DNA from: Eutreptiella sp. 'Long Island Sound 2002' | Taxonomy: Eukaryota; Protista; Euglenida | DNA: 64,000 bases | NCBI GenBank assembly: GCA_964036045.1 | Contig: OZ038379.1 | Location: 24,800,001 to 24,864,000 of the forward strand | Direction of reading: 5' to 3' | Shown: positions 61,852-64,000 of the stretch, one piece after another | How positions within the stretch are numbered: position 1 is the stretch's first letter | How the letters are laid out: each line of letters starts with the position of its first letter | Position numbers and translations under genes: made by a program | Notes under the pieces: model-generated | What the model saw: only the letters and a program-made list of their open reading frames with translations | Told to the model about the DNA's origin: nothing | The model's database searches: none

Positions 61852-63264
61852 GCTTCACATGCTTCATTGCTTTTGGGAACTCACATGTGTGTCAGTAGTT
61901 GTATGTGTTGCGTGTAAGCTACTGTAGCTTGTCTAAGCTACAGTGTAGGGACTGTATTAATTTGGGGTTTTTGTGTAGCTTATACCAGGGGGGGGGGGAG
62001 TAGCTGCTGAAGGCATCCTTATATGTGCTTGCCTCCGTCAGATACTGCTTGTCCCTGACCTCGCCAGTGTTTGTGTTATAACCCAAATGTCACCTGCTCA
62101 GTGCTGGACAGACCGATTCTGTTGGCGGGGGTCCTGCAGCAAGTCCAAACAGGAATCATCCTTATGCACAGGGGTCCATAGTGGTTGCAGGGGAGTGGTT
62201 TTGCTGTGACACTCAGTCATGCTGGCTGGTCTGAGTGCAGGCATCTGTGCTTCAGCATGCATGAGGTTGTCAGGAATCTGAAGGAATGGCGCCCCTGCGC
62301 ACCTTGGAATCTGAACCATGGCCTGTGTACTCCATATTTTCTGTTGATGACTTCAGACCCAAAGCACGCCTCAGCCATTGGCCGCCTCCCAGCCCCACCA
62401 GCTGCCTCCTCTCAAAAGAGAGAGGCGGCAGCGACCGGCCGGTGAAGGGGTCCTATTTGATGGATGGCAAGCTTGGCAACAGAGCACGATCACGAACATG
62501 TGGTTTGCTATGCATCAGTCTGATCTTGCAGTTTGAGCAGCATGTGAACTGATTCATGCCCCCTCCCCAACGTCATGGCACCCATGGTGTGCAAGTCAGG
62601 GATTACAGGGGATCCAGTGGGGCTTTGTGGATGCTATGTGAATCCCCCCCCCCCGCTGGCCACTTGCGCAAAGATTGCGTTGTGCAACGACCACCCCCTG
62701 GTCAAATGGCGCTTTTGCTGACGGTTCTTGTGAAACCACTGTCTTGCCCGATGACCAGCCCCTGGTTAAACGGCGCTTTTTGGTCTGAAAACGCTGTTTA
62801 ACGACCTCCTGCTGGTCAGGCGGTGTTCAATTACCGGTCAGTGCGCAAAGCGGGGGGGGATACAAACCGACCCATTGCCGTTTCCTGAGGAGCGTGGCCA
62901 GTGTGTGCTCATGTTCAGCCCATGACCACTGGCAGCTGGCCAGCAATGAACCATGGCGCAGGGTACAACAGGAGGAAAGACTGTCCTGTGACACGTGCCG
63001 CCAAAGGGGAAACAGCCACAGTGTCACTGCATAAAATGGATCTTTTGTATTCACATTGAAGCCGTGCACTGCCCACCTGTTTGTTCACGGTGCAGCACTG
63101 CTTCGCCACATGACCACAGCATGGTGGCTTGTGCACTAAGCGCTGCACTGGAGTCCGCTCCCTTAGGGCTCAGGTGCCCCCCTTGAGCACAAAGCCTAAT
63201 TGCACAAAGCCTAATGACAAGGGGTCAAAGGAATTGGCCGCATGATGCGAACACCCGGCACACA

Positions 63265-63735
63265 GGGGGCGCCCTTAGCGCAGTGAGCGCGCAGTGCAGG
63301 CACAGTGCAACTGTTTGGGCGTCTAGCCATACTGGAGACCCGTAGTTTGTGATACTACGGGCATCATTGTTGCCCCTAGCATAGGTTTTGATGCTTCTTC
63401 CACATTGAGGGTATGGCATTTTTGGATTTTCACCCACTTTCACCCATTTCCACCCCTTTTCACACTTTTTTGCTCGTCTCCACCATGGACTCCCACACTT
63501 TGGTGTGGCACCTTGAGCTGGGGTGATGGACTCCCACACTTCGGTGTGGCCCCTTGAGTTGGGATGATGGGGGGGGGGGGGGATGGGAGCTGAATAATGA
63601 GGAGGTAGCGGCACTGGACTTACAGGGTGCTGCCGGCTGTAATGAAGTGGAAGAAACTCTCCATGACAGGAACGCCGAAGAAATGGCTAAGGAAGGCTTC
63701 TACTTGGTGAAGCTAGTACTCCGCCATTGCTACTG
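63265..63735 (+). mobile_element. Near-identical second copy of the 57576 element, truncated by a nested insertion
   Basis: Matches 57576-58045 apart from a few substitutions and a G-run length difference. Confidence 0.9.
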
Positions 63736-64000
63736 GGGGAGCGTTAGCGCGCCGGGCGCGCGCCAGGCATTTTTTGACCCGTGCCCCACCGGTGACTTTT
63801 TAGGGGGTGCACTAAGCGCACCGCGCGCGCAGTGCAACTATTGGCACGTCTAGCCGTCCTAGAACCCCATGCTTTGTGATACTATGGGCATTATTGTTTT
63901 TTGACAACGGGTATTTTGATGCTTTTTTCACATTCAGGAGATGGTATATTTGGATTCTCACCCAGTTTCACCCATTTTCATCCATTTTTTGCTCTTTTCC
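63735..64000 (+). mobile_element. Two further nested GGGGG-initiated element ends (63735 and 63803)
   Basis: GGGGGAGCG.. begins where identity to copy 1 stops; TTA|GGGGGTGCAC.. at 63803 is a diverged family A left end. Confidence 0.7.

Overview
Eukaryotic, TE-rich nuclear DNA with many (CA)n microsatellites and G/C homopolymers. The organism may be a euglenozoan (inference from a CxxCG..CPVT..H motif and GTNTG splice donors). The main host gene is CEP104 on the minus strand. I reconstructed its first 9 coding exons by hand (ATG at 48564 down to 4868; 1597 coding nt over 43.7 kb; every junction GT-AG and phase-compatible), and it continues past the left edge of the window. A small intronless zinc-finger gene lies divergently at 54906-55370 (+). 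Almost everything else is mobile-element material: a Penelope-like RT remnant, several TIR/MITE families with clear TSDs, a PIF/Harbinger-like family whose copies share ends but carry different cargo (transposase fragment or chromodomain), and a cluster inside the 20-kb CEP104 intron 3 with Transib/RAG1-like transposase fragments beside ParB-like, TIR-domain-like and Tudor-like genes. Old TE remnants are visibly CTAG-rich, suggesting CWG-context cytosine methylation. All domain calls are by-eye motif recognition, not database results.
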